From Candidatus Wildermuthbacteria bacterium RIFCSPHIGHO2_02_FULL_45_25 (GTDB taxonomy: Bacteria; Patescibacteriota; Minisyncoccia; Minisyncoccales; UBA10102), in assembly GCA_001823215.1 (NCBI GenBank), contig MHTV01000045.1, positions 1 to 44,017 of the forward strand: a stretch of 44,017 nt of DNA, given 5' to 3'. The notes under the pieces are model-generated. The model saw only the letters and a list, made by a program, of their open reading frames with translations, had not been told where the DNA came from and searched no databases. This document shows positions 16,403 through 26,272 of the stretch, in pieces. A program made the translations under genes and the position numbers. How positions within the stretch are numbered: the first letter of the stretch is position 1; every line of letters begins with the position of its first letter.

Positions 16403-18454
16403 TTATTTTCTCACTTCCCATTGGGGATTAGTTTCCAATACCGCGATAATGGAAGATTGCGTTTGTTCGATTTCCTCTCCGGTTAACGTGCGATCATCGG
16501 CCTGATACACAATATGAAACGCGATATTCTTCTTTCCTTCAGGAAGCCCGGATCCCTCATACAAATCGAATAGGGAAATATCTTTCACCAGAATACCGCC
16601 TGCTTTGCCGATGGCATCAAGCAACTCAAAGACTTTCGTGCGTTTATGAACTAACACCGCCACATCCCTCACCACCGAAGGATATTTCACAATCTCCTGA
16701 TATTGTTTTTCAGATGACGCGAATTGCGCCAACATTTCCATATTGATTTGAAAAGCGGCGACTCGAAATGGAAGCTTCAAATTTGCAGACACGTGCCGGG
16801 AAATTTCTCCCACCAGCCCGATTTCCTTGCCATGCACCTTTATTTTGGCGCATCGTGTTGCATGCCATACTTTTCCGTACGCATGATCTGCAGCATGTTT
16901 GTACTCGTCGTACCATACCCCCGCGATCCCAAGCCATTCGCACAATTGCGCAACCGCTCCTTTTGCCTGGTAAAACGGCTGCTCCAGTTGGCGCTCCCCT
17001 ACGAAGCCAGCAACCATACCCGTTTCTGCATAGTTTTTCCCCGCAAGCCCAAATACTTTGCCAACCTCAAATATCTTCAGTTCATCTGATATTCTCGCGT
17101 TTTGAGAAAAATGCTTTAGCAAATTTTCCAAGAGCGTGGGCCGCATATACGAAAAATCTTCGCTGATGGGATTTTGCAATTCTACAAGTTTTTTCCGATC
17201 GCTTGGAGTATACAAGAATTTTGAGGGATCTGTTGCGCTTATAAACGAATAAGAATAGGTTTCCGTGTATCCGGACGCTCTCAACGCATCTCGGACGCTT
17301 TCTTGCAAAAGCCATTCTTTATTTGGCAAAGGCGGGTCCAAAGGAGCCAAAGGAAATACTGCGGGGATTTGGTCATATCCATATATCCGCCCGATTTCCT
17401 CCACCAAATCTTCTTCGATTGCCAAATCCATACGGGAGGTTGGAATTTGTACCCGCAGATGTTTGCCATTCCCTGTTACCTGACATCCAATCGAAAGCAA
17501 AATTCGTTTTATTTCGGGAAGCGGCACCCAAACACCAAGCAGAGATTCAATTCGTTCTGCATGAAGTAAAATTTTCTTTGCCAAGCGTTTAACCGGATAT
17601 ATATCAATTACTTGCACAACCTTGCCTTCGCTTTCAGCTTCCTTGAGCAAAAATAATGCCCTTTGCAAAGATATCATAGCAAGATTGGGATCAATCCCAT
17701 GAGAATACATTACCGCGGCCTGCGTGGAATACCCCATTTGTTTTCTTGCTTTATAAATCGTAATGGGATCAAAATTTGCGGCCTGCAAAACAATATGTTT
17801 CGTCTTTTGCGAAATTGCGCTCTCTTTTCCTCCTTTAATTCCAGCTAAATCAATCAGCCGGTTTTTATCCTCGATCACCAACACGCCTTCCGGCAGAGAG
17901 AGCGTCTGATCGTCTAACGTTTCCACTTCCTCTCCTTTTCTTGATTCTCGCACCGTCATCACAGCTCCCTCAATCTGATCATAATCAAACGCGTGCAAAG
18001 GTTGCCCCATCTCAAGCATAACGTAATTAGTCACATCCACCACGTTGTTGATTGAATGGAGACCAACCGCTTCCAAACGATCGCGTAGCTTTTTTGGGGA
18101 TGGTTTTACTTGGATGCCTTCGATGACCAGAGCCGCATAACGCGCCACCATCTGGCGATTCTGAATATGCACCGTAAGTTTTGCCAATTTTCCCTTTCTT
18201 GGATTTGAGGATACTGTTTTGAGCGCAATTGTTTTCCCATTGGTAATGGCCGCAATTTCTTTTGCCATGCCAAAATGCCCCAGACAATCATGACTGCGAT
18301 TGGGCAACACCGAGATATCGAAAAGATAATCACTCGTCTGCTTTTTCACTTCCTCCACTTCAAAACTATGCGTATTCAACAGCTCTTCCAATTTTTCAGC
18401 TTGGGGAAGTTTGTATTTGCTGTAATGTTGCAGCCAGTTGTAGGAATAGAGCAT
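16403..18454 (-). CDS. pheT: Phenylalanine--tRNA ligase beta subunit, short form apparently lacking the B2 OB-fold
   Basis: SYNWL, PNR..C.G..G.A.E, INNVVDVTNY, GQPLHAFD, DLVEEIGRIYGY and C-terminal FDX-ACB domain. Confidence 0.95.
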   Translation of the reverse strand: MLYSYNWLQHYSKYKLPQAEKLEELLNTHSFEVEEVKKQTSDYLFDISVLPNRSHDCLGHFGMAKEIAAITNGKTIALKTVSSNPRKGKLAKLTVHIQNRQMVARYAALVIEGIQVKPSPKKLRDRLEAVGLHSINNVVDVTNYVMLEMGQPLHAFDYDQIEGAVMTVRESRKGEEVETLDDQTLSLPEGVLVIEDKNRLIDLAGIKGGKESAISQKTKHIVLQAANFDPITIYKARKQMGYSTQAAVMYSHGIDPNLAMISLQRALFLLKEAESEGKVVQVIDIYPVKRLAKKILLHAERIESLLGVWVPLPEIKRILLSIGCQVTGNGKHLRVQIPTSRMDLAIEEDLVEEIGRIYGYDQIPAVFPLAPLDPPLPNKEWLLQESVRDALRASGYTETYSYSFISATDPSKFLYTPSDRKKLVELQNPISEDFSYMRPTLLENLLKHFSQNARISDELKIFEVGKVFGLAGKNYAETGMVAGFVGERQLEQPFYQAKGAVAQLCEWLGIAGVWYDEYKHAADHAYGKVWHATRCAKIKVHGKEIGLVGEISRHVSANLKLPFRVAAFQINMEMLAQFASSEKQYQEIVKYPSVVRDVAVLVHKRTKVFELLDAIGKAGGILVKDISLFDLYEGSGLPEGKKNIAFHIVYQADDRTLTGEEIEQTQSSIIAVLETNPQWEVRK

Positions 18455-18469
18455 AAAAGAAAATGTCGT

Positions 18470-19591
18470 TTAAAACTGTTCGAGAAACCGCATATCGCCA
18501 GAATACAGCAATCTGATATCGTTGATTTTGTATTTCATCATCGCAAGCCGATCCAAACCAATCCCAAATGCAAATCCCTGCCATTCTTTGGGATCGCACT
18601 TCACTGCCTTCAACACATTGGGATGCACCATGCCTGCCCCCATAATCTCGATCCAACCGCCATGTCCACAACTGGAGCAATCTTTCTTCTGGCCTTCTTT
18701 ATTTATTGAAAATCCTTTTCCCGCGCAAAATACGCATCGCATATCCACTTCAAATCCTGGCTCCACAAACGGGAAATAACTTGGCCGAAGCCGCACCACG
18801 GTTTCCTTTTCGAAGAAGCGCTTGAAAAACTCCTGGATAATTCCCTTAAAATGCGCGGCCGACACGTCTTTGCCGATCATCAACCCTTCGAGCTGATAAA
18901 AATTGATTTCGTGCCGCGCGTCCGTTGCTTCATAGCGAAAAATTCTTCCGGGCGCTATCACGCGCAAGGGCGGTTTTATTTTCTCCATATAGCGAATTTG
19001 CACCGGACTCGTGTGAGTACGCAACAAAAACTTTTGCGGTTTTTCTTTCAGAATTGCGGTGCCGGAGAGAAGATTTTGTTTGGAATTTTCCGGTTCCTTC
19101 AGCCAGAACGTATCCCACATATCGCGCGCGGGATGGGAAGCGGGAATGTTCAAAGCATCAAAATTGTACCATTCACTTTCAATTTCGGGGCCATCTGCAA
19201 GCGCAAATCCCATAGACTGAAAGATTTCTTTCGCTTCCCGCTGAATCTGCGTCAAGGGATGCAAATGCCCTTTGGGAAGTTTTGCGCCAGGAGCTGTAAT
19301 ATCAATCCATTCGTCTTGTTCGCCAGATTCAAATTCATGCATTATCAAATGCTGTTTTTTCTTTGCAAATTCGCGTTCAAACATCTCTCGCGCTTTGTTG
19401 GCCTTTTGACCAATTTTCTTGCGCTCTTTTTCGTCCAATGTTCCTAACGAACGCAATAAAAGGGTCAACTCCCCTTTCTTTCCGATATATCTATGCGAAA
19501 GCTCTTCTAAATCCTTGAGATTTGAGCAAGATTGAATTTCCGTAATTGCCTTCGATTGAAGGATTTCCACATATTGCGAATCATTTGGCAT
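18470..19591 (-). CDS. pheS: Phenylalanine--tRNA ligase alpha subunit
   Basis: GHLHP, NFDALNIP..HPARD, LLRTHTSPVQ, RPSYFPFVEP and GFAFGIG motifs. Confidence 0.97.
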   Translation of the reverse strand: MPNDSQYVEILQSKAITEIQSCSNLKDLEELSHRYIGKKGELTLLLRSLGTLDEKERKKIGQKANKAREMFEREFAKKKQHLIMHEFESGEQDEWIDITAPGAKLPKGHLHPLTQIQREAKEIFQSMGFALADGPEIESEWYNFDALNIPASHPARDMWDTFWLKEPENSKQNLLSGTAILKEKPQKFLLRTHTSPVQIRYMEKIKPPLRVIAPGRIFRYEATDARHEINFYQLEGLMIGKDVSAAHFKGIIQEFFKRFFEKETVVRLRPSYFPFVEPGFEVDMRCVFCAGKGFSINKEGQKKDCSSCGHGGWIEIMGAGMVHPNVLKAVKCDPKEWQGFAFGIGLDRLAMMKYKINDIRLLYSGDMRFLEQF

Positions 19592-19600
19592 ATCTTTGTG

Positions 19601-19674
19601 CGCGGGCGACCGGACTCGAACCGGCGACCTTCTGCGTGACAGGCAGACGCTCTAACCGACTGAGCTACGCCCGC
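19601..19674 (-). tRNA. tRNA-Asp (GTC)
   Basis: Minus strand GCGGGCGTAGCTCAGTCGGTTAGAGCGTCTGCCTGTCACGCAGAAGGTCGCCGGTTCGAGTCCGGTCGCCCGCG folds into a cloverleaf; G73 discriminator; CCA not encoded. Confidence 0.95.
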
Positions 19675-19716
19675 AATATCTTTTACCTTTGAACGATGAA
19701 ACTCCTTCTCATAGAG

Positions 19717-19788
19717 TGGCTGCGGCAGGATTTGAACCTGCGACCTCGGCCTTATGAAAGCCTCGCTCTGCCACTGAGCTACGCAGCC
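19717..19788 (-). tRNA. tRNA with CAT anticodon, probably elongator Met
   Basis: GGCTGCGTAGCTCAGTGGCAGAGCGAGGCTTTCATAAGGCCGAGGTCGCAGGTTCAAATCCTGCCGCAGCCA. The acceptor stem resembles elongator tRNA-Met; Ile2 is not excluded. Confidence 0.88.
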
Positions 19789-19848
19789 CTGCCGCTTGAG
19801 GGCAGACAGGCCGCCTGCCATCGGTTGTGCCTGATTCTTTCTTTTTTG

Positions 19849-19919
19849 TAGCGGGGCCAGGAGTTGAACCTGGATTTAGAGGTTATGGGCCTCCCGTGGT
19901 ACCGAACCACTTCCCCGCT
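19849..19919 (-). tRNA. tRNA with CAT anticodon, initiator-like and atypical
   Basis: AGCGGGG-AA-GTGG-TTCGGTA-CCAC-G-GGAGG-CCCATAA-CCTCT-AAAT-CCAGG-TTCAACT-CCTGG-CCCCGCT-A; all four stems pair. Confidence 0.85.
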
Positions 19920-19955
19920 CTGTATATCTCTCTATACAATAGCTCGAATCGCAAC

Positions 19956-20474
19956 TCAAATCAAGTCCAGCGCGCGGAACGCGCGTTCATACGATTCCAA
20001 TGCTCGTCTTGCTTCGAGAAGAGAAATACGAAAGTCAGGATCATGCGCGATATTATTTCTTACTTGATGGGCATTCCGCAAGTCTTCAATATTGGGAATG
20101 ACAACCGGGCTTAACTGCATCAATTTTTCATCAATCGTAGTTCCGGGAATGACCATGCGCTTGAGAACACCCGCGAGCATCGTATCTGCTTCCAGAATCG
20201 AAAGTTTAAAATCTGCTTCAGCTCCAGTTTCCAAACGCCTCATAACTCTTCGCCACTTTTTGGTAAGCCGCCGCAAACCAAACGGCCGGAACGCGAAAAA
20301 CTCGGCAATTTCAACAAACAAACTAAATTGCAAATAGGAGGTTGTTGCAAGCACATACCCTATCATAAAAACGAAGAACGCAGTCAGAATGACAAACGGA
20401 GTACGAAGCCAAATCAAGCGAGACTGAAGTTCAGCAGAATTGGCAACCGCGATAATTTGCAAGATTGTCTCCAT
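19956..20474 (-). CDS. Hypothetical membrane protein
   Basis: 172-aa ORF with an N-terminal TM helix and a helical C-domain (ILEAD...L, AH.VRN.IAHD); co-oriented downstream of gatA. Confidence 0.75.
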   Translation of the reverse strand: METILQIIAVANSAELQSRLIWLRTPFVILTAFFVFMIGYVLATTSYLQFSLFVEIAEFFAFRPFGLRRLTKKWRRVMRRLETGAEADFKLSILEADTMLAGVLKRMVIPGTTIDEKLMQLSPVVIPNIEDLRNAHQVRNNIAHDPDFRISLLEARRALESYERAFRALDLI

Positions 20475-20488
20475 TACACTCTATTAAA

Positions 20489-21937
20489 TCAGAAATTCCA
20501 AGCATTCTCAATAAGTTTGCCTGCCTGGAAAAGCAAGGGTTCTCCAAAGGCGCGAGCAATAATATGCATTCCAACGGGAAGTTCGCCTACTTTTCCCGCT
20601 GGCACTGAAAGCGCGGGCAATCCGGCCAAGTTAACCGGTACGGTAAAAAGATCGGCTAAATACATGGAAAGCGGATCCGCAGTCCGTTCATTCAGCTTGA
20701 AAGGCAGAAATGGAGTAGTGGGCCCCATAATCACATCCACCTTCTCAAACGCTCGATCAAAATCTTGCTTCAACAGCGTGCGGATTTTTTGCGCTTTCAC
20801 ATAATAAGCGTCGTAATAACCCGCAGACAGCGCGTATGTTCCCAACATAATTCTTCTCTTCACTTCCGGTCCAAATTTCTCTCCCCTATTGTTCATATAC
20901 ACATGAAACAGTTTTTCGTCAGTAGCAGCTTCTTTTGGTTGCGCAGGCACGCCATAGCGAATCGCGTCATATCGAGCAAGGTTTGCGGATGCTTCAGATG
21001 TGTTGATAATATAATATACGGCCAGCGCATAAGGAGCATTTGGCAAACTTATTTCATGAATTTCAGCCCCCCCTTTTTCCAGGATGGCGAGCATATCTCG
21101 AATAACCTTCTCCACTTGAGAATCCAGCCCTTCAGCAAAAAATTCTTTTGGCACGCCGATACGGATTTTTTTGGGATTGATATCCTCTTGCAACGGTGCA
21201 TACCGGTAAAGAACGGAAGTGGAATCCAAAGGATCTTTGCCGGAAATCGCATCAAACACCGTCTGCGCGTCCTCGACATTTCTTGCGAATGGCCCCACCT
21301 GATCCAAAGAAGAAGCGAGCGCGATAATACCGTGCCGGGAAACGGTCCCGTATGTGGGCTTTAACCCTATCACTCCGCAGAAAGAAGCAGGAAGCCGGAT
21401 AGACCCTCCCGTATCTTCTCCAAGAGCAAACACCGATTCTCCAGAGCAAACCGCGGCCGCAGACCCTCCAGAACTTCCTCCCGCGACTCTCGTGAGATCA
21501 TGCGGATTTTTTGTAGCGCCAAATGCGGAGTTTTCCGTGGAAGTCCCCATGCCAAATTCATCCGTATTGGTTTTCCCGACTAATACGGTTCCTTGCTCGC
21601 GCAATCGCGCAATAACCGTTGCGTCATACGGAGCAATATAGTTTTCAAGAATTTTGGATCCGGCCGTGCATCGCACGCCTTTTACCAAAATCGCATCTTT
21701 CACCGCGCACGGAATTCCCGCAAGCAAAGGAATCTCCTGCCCTTCTTTGATTTTTTCGTCCACCAAAGCCGCTTGCTCTAACGCCATATCCGCAGTAACA
21801 GTCAGAAAAGCGTGGAACTCTTGATCCGTGTTTTCGATATGCTCCAAATGCATTCTCGCTATTTCGACAGCGGAAATCTCGCGATGAACGAGCTTTTCAT
21901 GAATGGTTCGTATGGAGAGTTTCGCTAAAGATTCCAT
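20489..21937 (-). CDS. gatA: Asp/Glu-tRNA amidotransferase subunit A
   Basis: Amidase signature GGSSGGSAAAV, DTGGSIR.PA and EVKRRIMLGTYALSAGYYDAYY. Confidence 0.97.
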   Translation of the reverse strand: MESLAKLSIRTIHEKLVHREISAVEIARMHLEHIENTDQEFHAFLTVTADMALEQAALVDEKIKEGQEIPLLAGIPCAVKDAILVKGVRCTAGSKILENYIAPYDATVIARLREQGTVLVGKTNTDEFGMGTSTENSAFGATKNPHDLTRVAGGSSGGSAAAVCSGESVFALGEDTGGSIRLPASFCGVIGLKPTYGTVSRHGIIALASSLDQVGPFARNVEDAQTVFDAISGKDPLDSTSVLYRYAPLQEDINPKKIRIGVPKEFFAEGLDSQVEKVIRDMLAILEKGGAEIHEISLPNAPYALAVYYIINTSEASANLARYDAIRYGVPAQPKEAATDEKLFHVYMNNRGEKFGPEVKRRIMLGTYALSAGYYDAYYVKAQKIRTLLKQDFDRAFEKVDVIMGPTTPFLPFKLNERTADPLSMYLADLFTVPVNLAGLPALSVPAGKVGELPVGMHIIARAFGEPLLFQAGKLIENAWNF

Positions 21938-21939
21938 TG

Positions 21940-22227
21940 TTACAGAATAGATTTTACCTTCAAATATCTTCCCGTTTTTTCAGGAAATGCTTCGAGTAAT
22001 TGCTCCACGATTTTTTCAGAACACGGCTGCGGAATATCCTCTCTCGTCACATTTTGCAGATCTACCGAATGCATCATGGCATCAATCCCTGTAACATCAA
22101 CCTCCTTGAGAACATCGAAATATTCCAGCACGCCTCCCAAATCTTTTTGGAATTTTTCAATTTCTTCTGGCGAAAGCTGAATTCTCGCGAGCTTTGCAAT
22201 ATGTTCGACTTGTTGTTTTGAAAGCAT
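21940..22227 (-). CDS. gatC: Asp/Glu-tRNA amidotransferase subunit C
   Basis: V.HIAKLARI, NVTRED and YLKVKSIL motifs; upstream of gatA. Confidence 0.93.
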   Translation of the reverse strand: MLSKQQVEHIAKLARIQLSPEEIEKFQKDLGGVLEYFDVLKEVDVTGIDAMMHSVDLQNVTREDIPQPCSEKIVEQLLEAFPEKTGRYLKVKSIL

Positions 22228-22231
22228 AAAG

Positions 22232-23296
22232 TTATCGAGGAGGCTCAAGATTTTCGGTTTCCACAAGCACATCGCGCAGTTCATCTAAATTCTCCAACAC
22301 CAATCCAGCTCCGCGCACCATTGCCGTCAGAGGATCCTCCACGATGCGCGTGGGAATCTTTGTCTCTTTCGTAATCAATGTATCCAATTCGCGAAGCAAT
22401 GCGCCACCGCCCGCCAAATAAATACCTCGGTGCATAATGTCCGCCAAAAGCTCCGGCGGCGTTTCCTCCACCGTTACTTTAATTTCGTTGACAATCTGGC
22501 GAACCGAACGTTCCATTGCCTTTCGAATATCGGTATCTGAAATAGAAATCTCCTCTGGCAAACCAGTCAACATATTGCGCCCGCGCAAAGGCATTTCTTT
22601 GCGCTCTTTCAAAGGATACGCCGATCCAATGCCAATTTTTACGCTTTCTGCCGTGCGCTCTCCGATAAGAAGTTTATACTCTTCCTGCGCGTAGTTGATA
22701 ATATCTTCATTGAGTTTATCTCCCGCAATGCGCAGGGATTTGGCATACACTACGCCACCAAGCGAAATCACCGCCACTTCCGTGGTTCCCCCTCCGATAT
22801 CCACAATAAAGTTTCCTCCGGGTTCCTGCACCGCAAACCGCGCGCCAATCGCCGCCGCCATGGGTTCTTCGATCAGATAGACTTCGCGGGATCCCGCGCT
22901 TAACGCCGCATCCCGTACCGCTTTTTTCTCCACTTCCGTTACGCCAAAAGGAATTCCCACTATCACGCGCGGACCCGGCTGGAGGATAAACTTGCGCTTA
23001 ATCGCTCGATCAATGAAGTACTTGAGCATCTGCTCGGTTACTTCAAAATCCGAAATCACTCCCTTCACGAGAGGACGCGTGGCAACTATATGAGCAGGTG
23101 TGCGGCCTACCATTTTTTTCGCTTCCTGGCCGATTGCCAGCACTTTTCCCGTTTTTTGATTAATCGCAACCACCGAGGGCTCTTGAATAACAATCCCTCT
23201 TCCTTTTACATACACAAGAGAATTGGCAGTCCCCAAGTCAATGGCAAGATCTTGCCCTATGGAAGATAATACCCGATTAATAAATTTAATAAGCAT
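22232..23296 (-). CDS. mreB: Rod shape-determining protein MreB, paralogue 1
   Basis: IDLGTAN, EPSVVA, EEPMAAAIGA, DIGGGTTEVAVISLGG and GGGALL motifs. Confidence 0.95.
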   Translation of the reverse strand: MLIKFINRVLSSIGQDLAIDLGTANSLVYVKGRGIVIQEPSVVAINQKTGKVLAIGQEAKKMVGRTPAHIVATRPLVKGVISDFEVTEQMLKYFIDRAIKRKFILQPGPRVIVGIPFGVTEVEKKAVRDAALSAGSREVYLIEEPMAAAIGARFAVQEPGGNFIVDIGGGTTEVAVISLGGVVYAKSLRIAGDKLNEDIINYAQEEYKLLIGERTAESVKIGIGSAYPLKERKEMPLRGRNMLTGLPEEISISDTDIRKAMERSVRQIVNEIKVTVEETPPELLADIMHRGIYLAGGGALLRELDTLITKETKIPTRIVEDPLTAMVRGAGLVLENLDELRDVLVETENLEPPR

Positions 23297-23312
23297 AAAA
23301 TTAGATCACGCC

Positions 23313-24560
23313 CTACCCTTGCATTTCTATCACTTTCTCTATGATCTTGTCGAGTGGGACAAGCGCGCTTTCTTTTTGTCCGCGAGTTTTCCATTCTGCG
23401 GCATTCTCTTTGAGTGTCCGTTCGCTTATCACCAGCCGCAAAGGAATTCCCAGCAAGTCAGCATCTTTCAGTTTCGCTCCCGAGCTTTCTCCCCGACGGT
23501 CGTCATACAACACATCCAGTCCTTGAGATTGCAATTTGTCGTATACCTCCTGCGCTTTCTCATCTCCGCCCTGCAGTCCAACGATATGAATCTGGAAAGG
23601 CGAGATCGAACGCGGCCATACCAATCCCTGCTCATCGCCAAGCGCTTCCACAACTGCGGCCAGCAGGCGAGTTAACCCGATTCCATAGCATCCCATCACC
23701 ACCAACTTCTTGGCCCCTTTCTCATCGGTATATTGTAAGTCAAAGCATTCTGAAAATCTGGTTTTAAGCTGAAAGATATTGCCCACTTCGATTGCTTTCT
23801 CTTCTTTCAGCTTCGTAGTGTTGCATTGGGGACACTCCGGTTGCTCTTTGACGATCTCTTCATTGATTGCGATCTTGCACGTTTCACAAATAAATATCGT
23901 ATCTTCTCCTGCCTCTGTGAGCGTTTGAAACTCGTGGGAATATTTAGAAAAGGTGCCTCCGGACGCAAAGGTAAAGTAGGTGCGATTTCCAATTCCAACC
24001 GCAGCATAGATTCGCTCATAAGAACTCCTTACTTTCTCATAATACGCGGCAAGATCGTCTTCATTCGCGTGGAAAGAATACAAATCTTTCATGATAAATT
24101 CTCGGCCGCGTAAAAGCCCTGCTTTAGCTCGCTTTTCATCCCGAAATTTGGTTTGAATCTGGAATACCGCGCGGGGAAGATCTTTATACGAAGCGATAAA
24201 GCGTTTGAGCAACGGCGTTACAATTTCTTCATGGGTAGGCCCCAGCGCATACTCGCTTTTCGTATAAAAACTCTCAAATCGGAATAAGGTGTCATACGTC
24301 TCCCATCGATTTGTTTGCTCCCAGTTTGTTTTTGGCTGGAGCGCGGGCATAAGAATTTCCTGGCCATCAAGCGATTCCATCTCTTTGCGAATAATTCCTT
24401 CGATTTTTTTCAGGACGCGAAACCCCAAAGGCAAGATACTATACACCCCCGCAAGTTCTTTTTGAATGTACCCCGCGCGAATAAGCAATTGCGCGTTTTT
24501 GCTTTCTTCATCTTTGGGAACTGAATGAGAAGTTTTCGTGAATAATTTGGATTGGCGCAT
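23313..24560 (-). CDS. proS: Proline--tRNA ligase, short form without the INS editing domain
   Basis: MRQS.LF..T, LGPTHEE, QTKFRDE.R...GLLRGREF.MKD.YSF and MGCYGIG motifs. Confidence 0.95.
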   Translation of the reverse strand: MRQSKLFTKTSHSVPKDEESKNAQLLIRAGYIQKELAGVYSILPLGFRVLKKIEGIIRKEMESLDGQEILMPALQPKTNWEQTNRWETYDTLFRFESFYTKSEYALGPTHEEIVTPLLKRFIASYKDLPRAVFQIQTKFRDEKRAKAGLLRGREFIMKDLYSFHANEDDLAAYYEKVRSSYERIYAAVGIGNRTYFTFASGGTFSKYSHEFQTLTEAGEDTIFICETCKIAINEEIVKEQPECPQCNTTKLKEEKAIEVGNIFQLKTRFSECFDLQYTDEKGAKKLVVMGCYGIGLTRLLAAVVEALGDEQGLVWPRSISPFQIHIVGLQGGDEKAQEVYDKLQSQGLDVLYDDRRGESSGAKLKDADLLGIPLRLVISERTLKENAAEWKTRGQKESALVPLDKIIEKVIEMQG

Positions 24561-24584
24561 ATAGTAAGTTTCTTGAGCAATGTT

Positions 24585-25673
24585 CTAGAATTGACGGGAA
24601 ATGTCGTTGATCGTAACCCACACAATCAAGGGGACCAGCAACGCGAATGAAATAATGATGGAAATCTGGATAACTTTATCTGGCAAAGGTTTCTTCCGGA
24701 CAGCTTCAATCAACAGAAACAGCAACCGACCGCCGTCAAGCGCGGGGATGGGAATGGTGTTAAAGATTGCCAATAAAATTGCGATCTGCGCCACAAATAA
24801 AAGAAATTGCTCGATCCCCACTTCGTAAGAGGCGCCCAAGAGCGAAATAATCCCTACGGGGCCGGTTACCTGCGTATGTAACGGAGGGCCTTGTCCCGCC
24901 AGAGATTTTGAAATTTGCTCGATTGTCTGATCAATGGTGAAGAACGTTAAAATTCCCGTATACCGAATCCCTTCCCAAGGCGCTTGCCACCACGCAAAAT
25001 GCAATACCCCAACGCGATTGAGCGCAACTCCCAGAGACCCCTGGCCGTCGGGCGGGTTAACGCGCGGCACAAGTTCGATTTGTGTAAGTTCACTGTCTCT
25101 GGACACGGTAAGAATAAGCATCTTGCCAGCAGTTTCTTGAATAAAATCGCGAAATGCTTGCATTGTCGTAGGAGTATCCAAGCGACCCGATTGATCCTCC
25201 ACCCGCACCACGAGATCCCCGGCCCGCACACCCGCTTGTTCTGCCGGCAACCCTTCCACAACTCCTAAAATTTGCACCTGCGGATTGCGCAGAAAATTTG
25301 CGTCGTCAGGAATGTTTAACGCAACATTCCAGCCCGCGCCCACGATTGCGATAATCACGGCCGCGGCAATCCATGAGGAAAGCACCCCTGCCATCACGAT
25401 TACGATTCGTTGCCAGATGGGCTTTTCGCTAAAGCTCCTCGGATGAGCATCCCCTGCTTCTTCTCCGCGCATTTTCACAAAAGCACCAATCAGTAAAGGA
25501 TAGAATGAATACATTGTTTCCCCTATCTTGCGCTTGAAAATCGTCGGAGTGAACGGCAGTCCAATCCCAAATTCATGAACCTCCACATTGAACTTTTTGG
25601 CGGTCAAAAAATGGCCAAGCTCATGTAATACCACAAGGAATAAAATGGAAAAAATCGCGATAAAAATACTCAT
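24585..25673 (-). CDS. RseP-like M50 site-2 protease with PDZ domain
   Basis: HELGH, EFGIG, PA..AG...GD (PDZ), GPVGI and N.IPIPALDGG motifs. Confidence 0.92.
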   Translation of the reverse strand: MSIFIAIFSILFLVVLHELGHFLTAKKFNVEVHEFGIGLPFTPTIFKRKIGETMYSFYPLLIGAFVKMRGEEAGDAHPRSFSEKPIWQRIVIVMAGVLSSWIAAAVIIAIVGAGWNVALNIPDDANFLRNPQVQILGVVEGLPAEQAGVRAGDLVVRVEDQSGRLDTPTTMQAFRDFIQETAGKMLILTVSRDSELTQIELVPRVNPPDGQGSLGVALNRVGVLHFAWWQAPWEGIRYTGILTFFTIDQTIEQISKSLAGQGPPLHTQVTGPVGIISLLGASYEVGIEQFLLFVAQIAILLAIFNTIPIPALDGGRLLFLLIEAVRKKPLPDKVIQISIIISFALLVPLIVWVTINDISRQF

Positions 25674-25679
25674 ACGAAG

Positions 25680-26237
25680 TTACTCTGCTTTAATATCTTG
25701 GAGCTTGCGCGCTATGGCTTCCTCGATTTTTTTATTATACTCATCCACTATCTTTTGCAATTCTTCTTTGCCTTTGAATTTGTCATCTTCGCGAATTTCT
25801 CCCAGCCGCGCTTTTTCCTGAATTTGCCCCCAGGCCTCATCGCGAATTTTCCGAATCACCTCCCTGGTCTCTTCTTCTTTTTCCGCGATTACCTTGGATA
25901 ATTTCTCTCTGAATTCTTGCGTAAGCATGGGAAGATGCAAGCGCACGCCTTCTCGGTCAGTTATCGGGCTTGAGCCAAACGAAGATTGCATAAGCGCTTT
26001 TTCCACAGCCCCTATAATCCCTTTGTCCCATGGCTGAACCAAAATTTGCCTGCGTTCGGGACAAGAAATCGCAGCAATATGCTTAATAGGCATTTTCTGT
26101 CCATATACATCAACCATAACATCTTCCACTAATGAAGGGGAAGCTAATCCCGTGCGGATCTTTGCAATTTCTTTGGTAAAAAACTCCATCGCTTTCTCCA
26201 GTTCCGGCTTGCTTTGGGTAATAATATTCTGATACAT
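25680..26237 (-). CDS. frr: Ribosome recycling factor
   Basis: IRTG.A.P, V.VYG, QPWD and IRKIR motifs; 185 aa. Confidence 0.95.
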   Translation of the reverse strand: MYQNIITQSKPELEKAMEFFTKEIAKIRTGLASPSLVEDVMVDVYGQKMPIKHIAAISCPERRQILVQPWDKGIIGAVEKALMQSSFGSSPITDREGVRLHLPMLTQEFREKLSKVIAEKEEETREVIRKIRDEAWGQIQEKARLGEIREDDKFKGKEELQKIVDEYNKKIEEAIARKLQDIKAE

Positions 26238-26272
26238 GAGATTTTTACGAGTTACTTGATTTATGGAAGTAC

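Noticed and set aside
19789..19820. GC-rich CCTGCC...GGCAGACAGG segment between the tRNAs as a repeat
   Set aside because: Pairing is imperfect and no second copy is seen in this window.
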